Shown one piece after another: positions 17,656-26,089 of a DNA stretch of 64,000 nt. Each line of letters begins with the position of its first letter. The first letter of the stretch is position 1. The position numbers and the translations under genes were made by a program. The notes beneath the pieces were generated by a model, which had not been told where the DNA came from, searched no databases, and saw only the letters and a list, made by a program, of their open reading frames with translations. The DNA is from Spirochaetia bacterium (GTDB taxonomy: Bacteria > Spirochaetota > Spirochaetia > DSM-27196 > Salinispiraceae), in NCBI GenBank assembly GCA_038204425.1, contig JBBRCZ010000002.1, forward strand, positions 32,001 to 96,000, read 5' to 3'.

Positions 17656-18210
17656 ATGCCTTCGATTCCTGCCCTCAACCCCGAAAACACCACGGGAAAA
17701 AGTTCTGAACTTTTTGGTGCTGTCAAAGACACACTTGGCATGGTGCCAAACATGATGCGAACAATGGGAAACTCTCCCGCGGTTCTTGGTGGCTATTTGG
17801 CGCTCAATGAGGCCTTATCAAGCGGAACCCTGGGGCTTAGGCTTGGCGCGCTGCTTGCACTCACCGTGGCAAACTCCAACGGCTGCGGCTATTGTAATGC
17901 GGCTCATACCTACATCGGTCTCAATATGGCCAAAATCGACGACGCAACCATTCAGGCTGCTCGGGAAGGCAGGTCGACTAATCCCAAAGAAAATGCCGCT
18001 TTGACTTTTGCGCGGATCCTGGTAGCCAAAAAAGGCCATACCTCCCCCGACGATGCGGCGGCCTTAAAGACCGCTGGTTTCACCAATGGGGAGATTGCCG
18101 AGATTGCGGGTCACGTAGCCCTGAACATTTTTACAAACTATTTCAATTCTAGCATGGGCGTTGAAGTCGACTTTCCAGCTGTATCGTTATCGGTGAGTGC
18201 GAGAGTCTGA
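17656..18210 (+). CDS. AhpD / carboxymuconolactone decarboxylase family protein
   Basis: AAGGAG RBS before ATG 17656; LGMVPN, ALTVA..NGCGYCNAAH (CxxC-H), NIFTNYFN, VDFP. Confidence 0.9.
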   Translation: MPSIPALNPENTTGKSSELFGAVKDTLGMVPNMMRTMGNSPAVLGGYLALNEALSSGTLGLRLGALLALTVANSNGCGYCNAAHTYIGLNMAKIDDATIQAAREGRSTNPKENAALTFARILVAKKGHTSPDDAAALKTAGFTNGEIAEIAGHVALNIFTNYFNSSMGVEVDFPAVSLSVSARV

Positions 18211-18329
18211 CGATAAAAGACGGATAGTTAGTGGCGCCGGGTCCCAACTTTTTTGTGCAAGTTTTGCACAAATCGTTGGGCCCTTTTACTGCTACTGCTT
18301 TTAAACTGTACATAGAAAGGAATTGATGG

Positions 18330-19211
18330 TTGGACACGACATTGTTTACATTAACCGACCCGGCAACCGGGAATTTGGCCCTTAAGGCCGAAATTTTGAC
18401 GAATCTCGGGGCCTTTGACCACCTTCAGAGGCTTAACCACTATTTAGTTATCTTGGTTCGTCGAGGGGAAGGAACGCTCAAGGCTGATTTTGCCGACTAT
18501 TCCTTTTTCGGTCCAGTGATGCTTTGTTTCAGCCCCTATCAACCTTTCTTAATAAAAGATCCTACTATAGTCGAAGGACTTGTTCTGCACTTTCACTCGG
18601 ATTTTTTTTGTATTTACAAACATCAAAAAGAGGTGGCGTGCCAAGGCGTGCTCTTCAACAACCTCTACCACCAACCGGTCACATCGCTACGTTCAGATGC
18701 CTACGATGAGTTCGCCGGGCTGATAGGCCAGATGCACGAAGAGGCCCGAGTTACCGATCTCGCCCAGCGGGAACTTTTGGTGTCGTTTCTGAAGATTTTC
18801 TTGATAAAAGCGTCACGCATTAGGGTCGACCAAATCGCTCACACCGAAGCGTTTCAGACACAAGGTGACGAACCGACTATCATACAAAGGCTGAGAGACG
18901 CGCTGGAAACCTACTACCGCGAGAAGCATTCCGCGCGGGACTATGGCGAATTGTTGAACATCAGTCCAAAGGCCCTTACCAAGGTGACAAAGGCGCATTT
19001 CGACAAAACGGTCAGCGACCTGATTGCGGGTCGACTCGTGGTCGAAGCGAAACGGGAACTATATTTGACCCACAAGTCAGTGCGGGAAATTGCCTACGAA
19101 CTTGGCTTTGGCGACGAGCACTACTTCAGTCGGTTTTTTAAGAATAACGCCAAAGTCTCACCCCAACACTACCGGGAAACTGTTGGTTGGGGCCGGAATC
19201 TGTCAACATAG
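18330..19211 (+). CDS. AraC family transcriptional regulator
   Basis: TTG start after AAGGAA; C-terminal EAKRELYLTHKSVREIAYELGFGDEHYFSRFFK...SPQHYR. Confidence 0.92.
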   Translation: MDTTLFTLTDPATGNLALKAEILTNLGAFDHLQRLNHYLVILVRRGEGTLKADFADYSFFGPVMLCFSPYQPFLIKDPTIVEGLVLHFHSDFFCIYKHQKEVACQGVLFNNLYHQPVTSLRSDAYDEFAGLIGQMHEEARVTDLAQRELLVSFLKIFLIKASRIRVDQIAHTEAFQTQGDEPTIIQRLRDALETYYREKHSARDYGELLNISPKALTKVTKAHFDKTVSDLIAGRLVVEAKRELYLTHKSVREIAYELGFGDEHYFSRFFKNNAKVSPQHYRETVGWGRNLST

Positions 19212-19556
19212 TTTTCGCTATGATTTAGTGATTCACGCAGCCTTCTTGAAGGGTTTGCAGTTCGTGCCTCAAGGTTTTGTGCCAGGCCTCGATGAACGCA
19301 TTGTCGTTTGTCATAGTGATCAAGTCCTGCTCCCAAAGGGATTAGTGCTGAGAATGCAAGCCGTTCATCCGTAGCCATTTGTCAAGAGCATCCTCAGCCA
19401 AACCCTTGCTTTCCATGAGCAACGACAGTTTCTCTCCTGGGTGCACCGTGACCACATTCACCCCTGTTTAATAATCGAACTTCGAAATCCATCCGTATGT
19501 TCAATCAGTTTTCGCCTCCTTCTGGCAAAAAATATTTTGACAGGTACTGAGTTGCA
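19188..19556 (-). mobile_element. Internally deleted IS3-family element (relic / MITE-like), copy A
   Basis: TG...CA ends with imperfect TIRs (TGGGGCCGGAATCTGTCAACATAG and TGCAACTCAGTACCTGTCAAAATA). Minus-strand pieces of OrfA (HTDGFRSSIIK; EKLSLLMESKGLAEDALDKWLRMNGLHSQH*SLWEQDL) are fused to the integrase-core motif NDNAFIEAWHKTL. Confidence 0.85.
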
Positions 19557-19632
19557 TTAAACTCACAAAGCCCTATTATTTTCACTTTAATCTGATTTAG
19601 GTACCTGTATATTATATTAATATTTTAAAACA

Positions 19633-19661
19633 TTGACTTTTGTAAAAACCTCATTTATCCT
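19633..19661 (+). promoter_or_regulatory. Sigma70 promoter of the subtilase gene
   Basis: TTGACT-17 nt-TATCCT in AT-rich DNA. Confidence 0.55.
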
Positions 19662-19763
19662 GACTTATTCAACTGTAAAAAACACCGATTTCCAGTTTTA
19701 TTCAAGGATGTGGTGAGATATTTTTCTGTTGATAATAAGGATCGTGTTAAGGAGAATTATATT

Positions 19764-22700
19764 ATGAAACGAAAAAGTCTATTGCCTATTTGTTTACTTA
19801 TAGTCGCAGCGGGAATTACTGCATTGGCCTCGTGTGACTTGGGAATTCAAACCTTTGAAACGAAAGTCGGAACTAATTCCGCGTCTCCCTCAGGTTTGAT
19901 AAGAGCAATTTCATCTGCCGACAAAATACCCAATGCGTATATTGTTGTACTAAAAAAAACGGGTACAACCGCTAACACAAGAGCAATTTCAATAGACCGA
20001 GCTGCCAGTTTGTCTCGCAGCATTGGAAAGGAACCGGAGCATGTCTACAGCAATGCATTCAGTGGGTTTTCAATAAATGCAAGCGAATCAGAAATTCTAA
20101 CTCTGTTAAAAGATCCAAATGTCGCATACATCCAAGAAAGCAAGATGATGCATCTATCTGGAACACAATTAAATCCACCGTCCTGGGGTATAGATCGTGT
20201 CGACCAACTAAATCTTCCCCTGGACAATTATTACGACTATGCCTTTGATGGGACCGGTGTAGATGCCTATATCGTCGATACCGGAATCCACTTTAGCCAT
20301 AGCGAATTTGAAGGTCGCGCAATCTCGGGAACAAATATTCTTGAGCCCGGTACCAACGCAAACGACGACCAAGGACACGGAACACATGTTGCCGGCACAG
20401 TAGGCGGCAAAACCACCGGTGTCGCAAAAAAAATACGCCTTATCGCAGTCCGTGTTATAGGTAAAACTGGAGAAACTCCCGACTCCAACGTTATAGCAGG
20501 TATCGACTGGGCAATCCAAAATCATACCACCCGACCAGCAGTCATGAACATATCATTGGGCGGCGAAGTCAACCCGGCGGTAGACGAAGCAGTTAGAAAT
20601 GCTACCGCAGACGGCATTGTTGTATGCGTTGCCGCAGGAAATGACGGCCACGATGCTGCGCTCAACAGCCCCGCCGGCGAGCCTTTAGCCATTACCGTTG
20701 GGTCAGTAGATTACTCGGACGCCATTGCGCCAACTTCCAATTTCGGAGCCGTAGTCGACGTTTTTGCTCCAGGAGATGGCATCAAGTCTGCAAGCTATTT
20801 GGGAGACGCAAGTTATGCCACCTGGTCGGGAACCTCCATGGCGTGCCCACATGTAACCGGTGTTGCGGCCCTGATATTACAAAGGAATGCATCGTATACT
20901 CCAGCCTTTGTCCAAGAAGTAATAAAATATTGGTCTGCCAAAAATGTGCTCTTAAATATCCCACCTGGTACAGGAAATCGTAGCTTATTTTCCGCACAAG
21001 ATGCCACTATAGATGATAGTTTTCCAACGACAACCACAACGACGATTTTATTTCTACAAGCAGAAGACTCAAACTACGATAATTGCTTAAACGAAGACGC
21101 CTATAGAGCTTCGGGTAATTACCTATCAGGATTCAATCTGAACTCATCAACAGAATTTACGGTCGATTCACCCTTCGCACAATCTGTTGATGTTACGCTT
21201 GTGTATTCCACTCCTACGGTTGCATCGGTAAACATTTATGTAAATAATGGGACAGCAAAACTATCCAATCTACCTTCGAGCGGTGGATGGGGAATTTGGT
21301 CTGCAAAAAGTGCAAGAGTTAGTCTCCGCTCTGGAACCAATCTCATTCGTTACCAAAACGATTTTGGTGCAACCGGTAAGATTTTACTTGATTACATAAT
21401 TATAACGCCAGTCGGCGTAGTGCCCCGCGCTCCGTCAAATTACAGTGGTCCGGTAGGCCACTTTGAGGTAGAGAACAAAAGCTATTCAGGCTGCAGCTTC
21501 AGCTCAGCTGTCGCCGGATATCATGGATCGGGATACTTGGAAAATCTGAACCCAGGTGGAGAAATTGCATTCAGTGTGTACTCACCCGAGAATGCCCGTG
21601 CTTTTCTCAATATTCGTGGGTATTCCTTTCAAAGTGTAGCAGGGCAGCCATCTGAACTGATTAGCGCCAGACTAGAAGTGAATGGTTCCTTTGTGGATCA
21701 ACCAACTTTTTGGAGAAAACCCATCGCCGGCTGGACCAATAAGTATCTCCTTGTACAATTGAATGTGGGAATTAATACAATTTCAATTAAGAATTATTCC
21801 CACGAATTAAGTCCAATCAGGATCGACTATATCGAAATTGATAATGCAACCGAAACTGGAACCACTGCCACTACCACAACCACCGTTGCGCCAGTGACTA
21901 CAACTACAACTTCGACAACCATTGCGCCAGTTACAACGACCACAACTACCGTAGCACCAGTTACTACCACAACCACAATTGCAGTCGTTGACCGCACTGA
22001 AAGCGGCATTGCGTTTGACAATGGCGCAACAAATCCCGCATCAGAAGGGGAAGCAAAAGCCTTTGATAACTCCTCTTCAACCAAGTGGCTGGTATATTCT
22101 TCAACTGGTACTATCGGGTATGACTTTGCCGGTACTACAGCGTACGCAATCAACTCGTATTCTGTAGCCTCAGCTAATGACCGAGCTGACCGAGACCCAA
22201 AAAATTGGGCATTCGAAGGAAGCAATAATGGAACTGCCTGGACTCAAGTAGATTCAAGGTCCGGCATAAACTTCAGTGCAAGGTTTCAAACCCAAACATT
22301 CAGCTTTAGCAATACAACTTCCTACCAGCAATACCGGCTTCGCGTGACAGCGATTAATGGAGGAGCGTATCTGCAATTGTCTGAGCTGAAAATGTTCGGC
22401 AATGCCGGAACAAGCACAACTACAACAGTCGCACCTGTAACTACGACAACTACTACAACAGTAGCACCTGTAACTACGACGACCACGACGACAATCGCAA
22501 GTAGCGGAACGTTAGCAGCAGGAACCTACAAGATCGTCAACAAGTTGTCGAATAATGCGATGAAAACCAATAGCTATACATCAGGCATGTTTAACGCTCC
22601 ATATGACAGTTCTGGATTGATGAAATGGTCAATCACAAAAGTTGGTTCTTATTACAAAATGGTGAGTGTAGGCAACGGCTATGCCCTTAAGGCAGACTAT

Positions 22701-22907
22701 TACGGCGGACCAGACCATGAAGTCATAGATAACGGCGATGATGAATTGTTTACAGTTACCGATGTCGGTGCCGGATATTTCAAAATCTCGCTAAAAACAG
22801 CTGCTACACGCTTTTGGCGGATTGATGACATCTACAATGGAAACGGTGTCAAGATGCAGGATTGGGCAAACGACGATCATTACAAGTTTGCATTTTTAGC
22901 GCCATAA
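19764..22907 (+). CDS. S8 subtilase lipoprotein with I9-type propeptide, two CBM6/35-like domains, F5/8(CBM32)-like domain, Thr-rich linkers and C-terminal beta-trefoil
   Basis: AAGGAG RBS; lipobox LASC; IPNAYIVVLK; catalytic VDTGI / HGTHVAG / AAGN / SGTSMACPHV; QAED and FEVEN CBM starts; SANDRADRDPKNWAFEGSNNG; TTTTTVAPV repeats. Confidence 0.9.
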   Translation: MKRKSLLPICLLIVAAGITALASCDLGIQTFETKVGTNSASPSGLIRAISSADKIPNAYIVVLKKTGTTANTRAISIDRAASLSRSIGKEPEHVYSNAFSGFSINASESEILTLLKDPNVAYIQESKMMHLSGTQLNPPSWGIDRVDQLNLPLDNYYDYAFDGTGVDAYIVDTGIHFSHSEFEGRAISGTNILEPGTNANDDQGHGTHVAGTVGGKTTGVAKKIRLIAVRVIGKTGETPDSNVIAGIDWAIQNHTTRPAVMNISLGGEVNPAVDEAVRNATADGIVVCVAAGNDGHDAALNSPAGEPLAITVGSVDYSDAIAPTSNFGAVVDVFAPGDGIKSASYLGDASYATWSGTSMACPHVTGVAALILQRNASYTPAFVQEVIKYWSAKNVLLNIPPGTGNRSLFSAQDATIDDSFPTTTTTTILFLQAEDSNYDNCLNEDAYRASGNYLSGFNLNSSTEFTVDSPFAQSVDVTLVYSTPTVASVNIYVNNGTAKLSNLPSSGGWGIWSAKSARVSLRSGTNLIRYQNDFGATGKILLDYIIITPVGVVPRAPSNYSGPVGHFEVENKSYSGCSFSSAVAGYHGSGYLENLNPGGEIAFSVYSPENARAFLNIRGYSFQSVAGQPSELISARLEVNGSFVDQPTFWRKPIAGWTNKYLLVQLNVGINTISIKNYSHELSPIRIDYIEIDNATETGTTATTTTTVAPVTTTTTSTTIAPVTTTTTTVAPVTTTTTIAVVDRTESGIAFDNGATNPASEGEAKAFDNSSSTKWLVYSSTGTIGYDFAGTTAYAINSYSVASANDRADRDPKNWAFEGSNNGTAWTQVDSRSGINFSARFQTQTFSFSNTTSYQQYRLRVTAINGGAYLQLSELKMFGNAGTSTTTTVAPVTTTTTTTVAPVTTTTTTTIASSGTLAAGTYKIVNKLSNNAMKTNSYTSGMFNAPYDSSGLMKWSITKVGSYYKMVSVGNGYALKADYYGGPDHEVIDNGDDELFTVTDVGAGYFKISLKTAATRFWRIDDIYNGNGVKMQDWANDDHYKFAFLAP

Positions 22908-22928
22908 GAATTAAAAAAAATAAAATTG

Positions 22929-22972
22929 AAAAAGGTCGCACGGAAAATCAAAAGATCACCCTGCGGCTTTTT
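22929..22972 (+). terminator. Intrinsic terminator after the subtilase gene
   Basis: AAAAGGTCGCACGG...CCCTGCGGCTTTTT imperfect hairpin plus U-tract. Confidence 0.55.
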
Positions 22973-23086
22973 AATTTGTAAACTCAATACCTTCTTCTAG
23001 AAGGTTAAATCCCCACTCAATTTGTAAAAACGCTTCAATAGTTTTGTTGTATCATCAAGTCTAACGGTTCGGCCAACTAGACGCGC

Positions 23087-23306
23087 TGGCCGCGGAATCT
23101 GTCAAGATAGCTTACCCTTTCGGTATAATTGAATCCAGGTAGTAATCGTAACCGGACTTACCCCTGTTTCTTTGGCGACTTCGTAAACGGTTCGTCCACT
23201 TCCTTCTTGAGTCTTGCGGACCGTTGAAGCTCTGAACCCCATGGAACACTTCATTCAGTTTCGCCCTCCTACTGGCGAAAACTATCTTGACAGGTATTGG
23301 CGTCCA
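23087..23306 (-). mobile_element. Internally deleted IS3-family element (relic / MITE-like), copy B, with a 50-aa OrfA HTH mini-ORF (23254-23102)
   Basis: TIRs TGGCCGCGGAATCTGTCAAGATAG and TGGACGCCAATACCTGTCAAGATAG; AGGAGG RBS then MKCSMGFRASTVRKTQEGSGRTVYEVAKETGVSPVTITTWIQLYRKGKLS*. Confidence 0.85.
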
Positions 23307-23991
23307 TCCAACAGTAATTAGGCTCTTTCTAATAATTGCAGGGACTTTTACCCTGTCTTCATGGTTTTGTAGTAAGCTTAGCATACGATATTAGTGCCTT
23401 TGAGACCACAGCTTAGTTCTGTTGCTTGGGCGTTCTATGGTGGTTCTTCTTTGCTATCACAGGTGGTCTATTGGGCTACGGACGTCAGACTGCTTCAGTA
23501 GTTCTTGCACAGTTGCTGTTGAGTAAACACCCCCTGTTAGGTTCAGTCGGAGGGTGCATTGGGATGCTTTTTGACCAAGGCGTTGGTTAGGGCAACGCTA
23601 AATCCTGGTTCTTTTTTGTCGCTTGCAATGGCTATGCTTCGCGGACTTGTCGATGCAGCACTTTGTTAACCAAGAAGCTGAGCGTCACCAGGGCTTGGCT
23701 TTGGGTACTGGCGCTCATTTTTTATTCTAAAGCGAGTCTGGTGAGCGAGCTATTAAGCAGTTTTGATACTGCACCAACGCAGTTCTTTAGGTGTTTGGTC
23801 GGGTAGGTGTTTGGTGTCTGGGATGGTGGAAATCTTTGGGTCTGGATGCCAAGCGTGGCCTGGCAACTGAGCATCTTTGATTTATATTAGGAAGTATTGA
23901 TAGCATAGCCAAAATACTAGTCACACGCCAGATGCCCGATGCGATTGTTTTGCTCATAGGATTGTTTATACTAGTGACAGGAGCAAGTTTT

Positions 23992-26073
23992 ATGAAACAC
24001 ACAGGCATTTTGACGCGTTTGATATGGCTGCTTTTTTTGTTACCATTGGCACTGAGCTCGCTTGCCAGTCAAGATAGACAGCAACTCATCAAGCAGGCTC
24101 AGGCTTATGAGGCCAAGTCTGAGCATCAATTGGCGCTTGCGCTTTATTTTAAGATTAATGACTTACAGCCAAAGGATTCCTGGATAGCATGGCGAATAGG
24201 AAGCACGTTGTTTACCCATTTGGGTCGTATTGCTGACGGGGCAAAGTGGTTTATTGAAAGCATCAATCGTAGTCCAGAGAACATAGATCTCTATTTTCAT
24301 GTTTTTGCTGCGGCCGATGCTTTGGAAGATATGGACTTGGCCCAAGAAGTCTTGCAAAGGCTAAAGGCCAATGCTCTTCCTGCGGCCCAGCTCAATCCCG
24401 AGCGGCGCAAGGGTTTGCTGGAGTCGCTGGGGCGCTATATAGCAATCTTAAAGGATAGGGAGCGCTACCAAGAGGCCTATGCATTGATTCAATGGGGTTT
24501 GAGCTACGACAAGGGACTAGAAAGTTGGTGGTTTACCAATGCTAGTCTTTACGTCTACCAAGGCTTGGGGCATATCGCTTTTGGTCAGGGCAAGGCAAGT
24601 CAAGCGCGTGCTTTTTATCAAATGGGTTTGGATTTGTCTAAGTCCAAGTCGGGCTTGGGGCGAGAGCTTCCCAAGTTAGATTTGTCAGAAATGATTACCG
24701 CAACCCGGGACTGGGAGGCGCGAAAAAAGCCAAACAAAGTTTTTGTTCACAAAATTGTTTCGCTTTATCTTGCTAAGACAGAAGTGGATCAGGTTTACAA
24801 GGATGGTGTGCGCCGCTCAAGCTCTCGTTCCATTACACCACTTCAACGAATGCGTTCTGCCATCATTGAGCCAGTTCTCACGCGTCTGGTTGAGGCTTGG
24901 TCAGGTGGGCAGATGACGCTCAGCTGGAACAAGATGGACCTCGATGCAACGGTTACTGCCATTCATGAGGACACTTTTAACAGTGATCCAACCTGGACTC
25001 CCGACTTATCTCGTATTGTCACCAACGACGGTACAGATCTGGGTGAGCTGCTTTACGATCTGGTAAGCAGCTATGACACGGTTCTGTGGTACTGGGAGGG
25101 ACAGTCTGTTTCCAACATTGCTTCAGGCGGCATGCTCAATTTACCTCTGGTGCCTTGGCAGCTGGACTCGGTCGGTAGAGGCTATATCAACTTTCCAATT
25201 AGTTGGCCAATGGCAAATTTTCTGTCGGCGCTCATGCATGAGTTTTTTCATGTGGTTGAGGCCATGGCTACCATCAGTCCAACTCATGGTTTTCAAAAGC
25301 AAGTCAGAAGCTCTTTTTTGGCTTGGACCGGGGAAGGGCAGTTTGACTACTTTCGTTGGCACTTTAAAAACACTTTGGCTTCGCGCTTCCAAAGCCTCGG
25401 CTTTTTGGCCCAGAAGCCTTCTACTATAGATCTTGAGCGAGTAAAGAAACATAGAGATTTGGCAGCTTCAATTGAGACCGACAAACGTATTGAGGCAGAT
25501 GCAATTGCTCGCCAGGTTAGTGCAAAGTATTGGAATAGTAGCGGGGCAGAAAAACTGCGTCTGGGGGTCTTGGCACTTACCGCTCTGGAGCTCAATCCAC
25601 ATCATGCTCTCGCCTTGCGAGTGGCCTATGAATACTACCAAAGCCAAAAGTCCACCGACCTGGCACTTGCCACTTTACTAAAACTTATAGAGCTAGCTCC
25701 TGAGCCTTGGATCTACGAATCAGCGGTCTATATCGCTCAATGGCAGCTCAAAAAAGCTCTGCTGGCCGAAGGACTCATCAACGAGTTTTTGCAGCGCTAT
25801 CCTCAAGATCCTAAACGTGGCGCACTCTGGTTATCGCTTGGTCGGTTATTGGTGGGGCAAGAGCGTAGCGCTGAAGCGCTTAGTGCTTTTGTTAGCTCAA
25901 GTGAGCAGAGCCCCACAAACTCGGCCATCTTTGCCGAAGCAATTTTTTGGCAGGGCTACACCTATGGAGAAAAGCTCAACAACAAACGAGAGGGTCTGCG
26001 TTTGGTTATCCAAGGTATACGCTCCGGCTACGACAACGAGTTTTCTAGGCACTTTGAGAAGTCTTGGCGCTAG
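23992..26073 (+). CDS. Exported TPR-repeat protein with central HEXXH zinc-metalloprotease-like domain
   Basis: AGGAG RBS; signal peptide; N- and C-terminal TPR-like helices; LMHEFFHVVE...PTHG. Confidence 0.65.
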   Translation: MKHTGILTRLIWLLFLLPLALSSLASQDRQQLIKQAQAYEAKSEHQLALALYFKINDLQPKDSWIAWRIGSTLFTHLGRIADGAKWFIESINRSPENIDLYFHVFAAADALEDMDLAQEVLQRLKANALPAAQLNPERRKGLLESLGRYIAILKDRERYQEAYALIQWGLSYDKGLESWWFTNASLYVYQGLGHIAFGQGKASQARAFYQMGLDLSKSKSGLGRELPKLDLSEMITATRDWEARKKPNKVFVHKIVSLYLAKTEVDQVYKDGVRRSSSRSITPLQRMRSAIIEPVLTRLVEAWSGGQMTLSWNKMDLDATVTAIHEDTFNSDPTWTPDLSRIVTNDGTDLGELLYDLVSSYDTVLWYWEGQSVSNIASGGMLNLPLVPWQLDSVGRGYINFPISWPMANFLSALMHEFFHVVEAMATISPTHGFQKQVRSSFLAWTGEGQFDYFRWHFKNTLASRFQSLGFLAQKPSTIDLERVKKHRDLAASIETDKRIEADAIARQVSAKYWNSSGAEKLRLGVLALTALELNPHHALALRVAYEYYQSQKSTDLALATLLKLIELAPEPWIYESAVYIAQWQLKKALLAEGLINEFLQRYPQDPKRGALWLSLGRLLVGQERSAEALSAFVSSSEQSPTNSAIFAEAIFWQGYTYGEKLNNKREGLRLVIQGIRSGYDNEFSRHFEKSWR

Positions 26074-26087
26074 TGCTTTTGCACTAG
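26070..26087. terminator. Hairpin between convergent genes
   Basis: CTAGTGC-TTTT-GCACTAG perfect 7-bp stem. Confidence 0.5.
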
Positions 26088-26089
26088 GG

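Noticed and set aside
19169..19378. ORF-track ORFs 19169-19378, 19090-19374, 23112-23384 and 17285-17599 as genes
   Set aside because: They are off-frame readings of IS relics or intergenic DNA; the transposase-like text is in other frames.
21862..22500. ACN-rich tandem repeats (also 7123-7230) as DNA-level repeat elements
   Set aside because: They encode Thr-rich linkers with varied third positions; protein-level low complexity.
17453..23306. CRISPR-like or recombinase-site array from the recurring CTGTCAAnATAG motif
   Set aside because: Copies are kilobases apart, occur as inverted pairs and enclose transposase fragments, so they are IS ends.
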